Positions 36,565 through 37,775 of a stretch of 37,775 nucleotides of DNA are shown here, one piece after another. The notes below the pieces were generated by a model that saw nothing but the letters and a program-made list of their open reading frames with translations, ran no database searches and was not told where the DNA came from. The stretch is from Myxococcota bacterium (GTDB lineage: Bacteria > Myxococcota_A > UBA9160 > PR03): NCBI GenBank assembly GCA_041611735.1, contig JBFIML010000043.1, forward strand, positions 1-37,775. Direction: 5' to 3'. The position numbers were made by a program, and so were the translations under genes. Positions within the stretch are counted from its first letter, which is position 1, and each line of letters starts with the position of its first letter.

Positions 36565-37775
36565 AGCCAGCTGCTGATCATCAGGAAGGCGGCCCAGAAG
36601 CCGGGGTGCGCGTAGCGCGGGTCGGCGAGGAGCGCGCGCTGGGCGCGCTGGAGCGCGGCGGCGCGCGAGACGCCCTCCTGGGCCAGCTGGCGGTAGAACT
36701 CGATCATGAGCTGCGAGGCGGCCACGTCGTTCACCTTCCAGAGCGTGCCGATGGCGCTGCGCGCCCCCGCCTTGACGGCGATGCCCGAGAGGCCGAGGGC
36801 GGCACGCTCGTCGCCCCTTGCGGTCTCGCAGGCGCTGAGCGTCAGGAGCTCGAGGGGACGCTCCCGGAAGCGGAAGGCGCCGATCGTGTCGGCGAGCTCG
36901 TCGCCGGTCAAGCGCCCGTCCCAGGTGAGCAGGAAGCTCTCCGCGAAGTCGCTCCGGAACTCGCCGTGCGTCGCCACGTGCACGACGCTGAAGCGCGGCT
37001 CGTCGAGCCGCTCCCGCACCTGATCGCGCCGGAACGCCTCGTCCAGCAGCACCTCGCCGCCCAGGAGCTCGCGGATCGTCCCGAGCTCCGCGGGCACGTG
37101 GGCGAGGGGCGGAAAGTCCTCGACCGGCTCGCTGAGCCCGCTCAGCAGGGGCTCCAGGGCCGCGCGGTCCAGGGGCCGCGGGTCCGTCAGCTCCACGCCC
37201 GGTGTGATGGCCACGGCATGGCGCTCGATCAGGAAGCGCTCGCCGTCGTGCAGGGCCGACATGGGGATGGTGCGGAGCGGGCCATCGGGGACGAAGACCA
37301 GGGTCTCCACGGCCAGGCGGGGCTCCAGGGGACGGATCAGCCAGTCGTAGAGGCGGCGCGCGTGGGGCAGGTACTGGCGGGTGGTGGGTCGCTCGAGGAA
37401 GCGCCGGAAGTCGCGCACCTCCTGGCGCAGGCGCTCCTCGGAGACCGGCACGGAGAACTGCTCGAGCGAGCCGCCGGGCAGGCTCAGGAGGAGCTCGATG
37501 CGGTCGGGCAGGGGGATCGGGTAGACGACGGCCGCCTGGAGCGATACGCCTTCGACTCCGCGGACCTTCTGCTGGAGGGCGTCGACGCAGTCGTCGCGGA
37601 AGTAGTCGCGCAGCTCCGCCGCCTTCAGGAGCTCCACGGTGTCGCGCGCGCGCACGCGAAGCGCACGAGCCTGGCTCGGATCCGCTGCGGCGGAGGCCCG
37701 CCGCAGCAGCACGTCCACCAGGCCGAAGTAGACCGGCGCCACCGAGTTGCGGAACGAGGCGCCGGAGCCGTCGGC
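36561..37775 (-). CDS. CHAT domain (caspase/HetF-like) protease, C-terminal part; continues beyond the right edge
   Basis: LYDWLIRP, LVFVPDGPL, VVHVATHG (His), LTLSACETA (Cys), LWKVND, HPGFWAAF; frame open to the window end. Confidence 0.93.
   Translation of the reverse strand, partial: ADGSGASFRNSVAPVYFGLVDVLLRRASAAADPSQARALRVRARDTVELLKAAELRDYFRDDCVDALQQKVRGVEGVSLQAAVVYPIPLPDRIELLLSLPGGSLEQFSVPVSEERLRQEVRDFRRFLERPTTRQYLPHARRLYDWLIRPLEPRLAVETLVFVPDGPLRTIPMSALHDGERFLIERHAVAITPGVELTDPRPLDRAALEPLLSGLSEPVEDFPPLAHVPAELGTIRELLGGEVLLDEAFRRDQVRERLDEPRFSVVHVATHGEFRSDFAESFLLTWDGRLTGDELADTIGAFRFRERPLELLTLSACETARGDERAALGLSGIAVKAGARSAIGTLWKVNDVAASQLMIEFYRQLAQEGVSRAAALQRAQRALLADPRYAHPGFWAAFLMISSWL

Noticed and set aside
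36561-37775. CHAT protease as part of a CRISPR-Craspase or anti-phage system
   Set aside because: No cas, gasdermin or other defence genes are visible; the context is two-partner secretion.

Overview
High-GC (visually ~70%) bacterial chromosomal window. Gene content suggests Myxococcota or a related deltaproteobacterial lineage (inference). I found no rRNA, tRNA, CRISPR array or transposase. (1) 1-26.2 kb is a cell-surface protein export and modification region. It holds a secreted Thr/Pro-repeat protein (runs off the left edge, missing from the ORF track) next to a protein O-mannosyltransferase (PMT/GT39), three more GT-C-type membrane proteins, an ALG5/DPM-like GT2, three Thr-nucleophile 'sulfatase-like' enzymes, an FG-GAP/ASPIC-UnbV lipoprotein, an exosortase-EpsI fusion, a diheme cytochrome c/beta-helix fusion, a DASS transporter and a PEP-CTERM zinc metalloprotease that appears circularly permuted. 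(2) 26.5-31.1 kb is a coupled catabolic operon: acyl-CoA dehydrogenase, KshA-like Rieske oxygenase, amidohydrolase and acetoacetate decarboxylase family protein. (3) 31.3-37.8 kb is a TpsB / TpsA (FHA-N) / CHAT protease module interrupted by three small genes, one a truncated ogt. The main hidden signal: three dispersed secreted-protein genes each have a sigma54 promoter plus the same upstream dyad motif, GGWAAKCGYKTTCCRY-N4/5-GBGGAA, which suggests an uncharacterised enhancer regulon. All calls come from reading motifs by eye; no searches were run.
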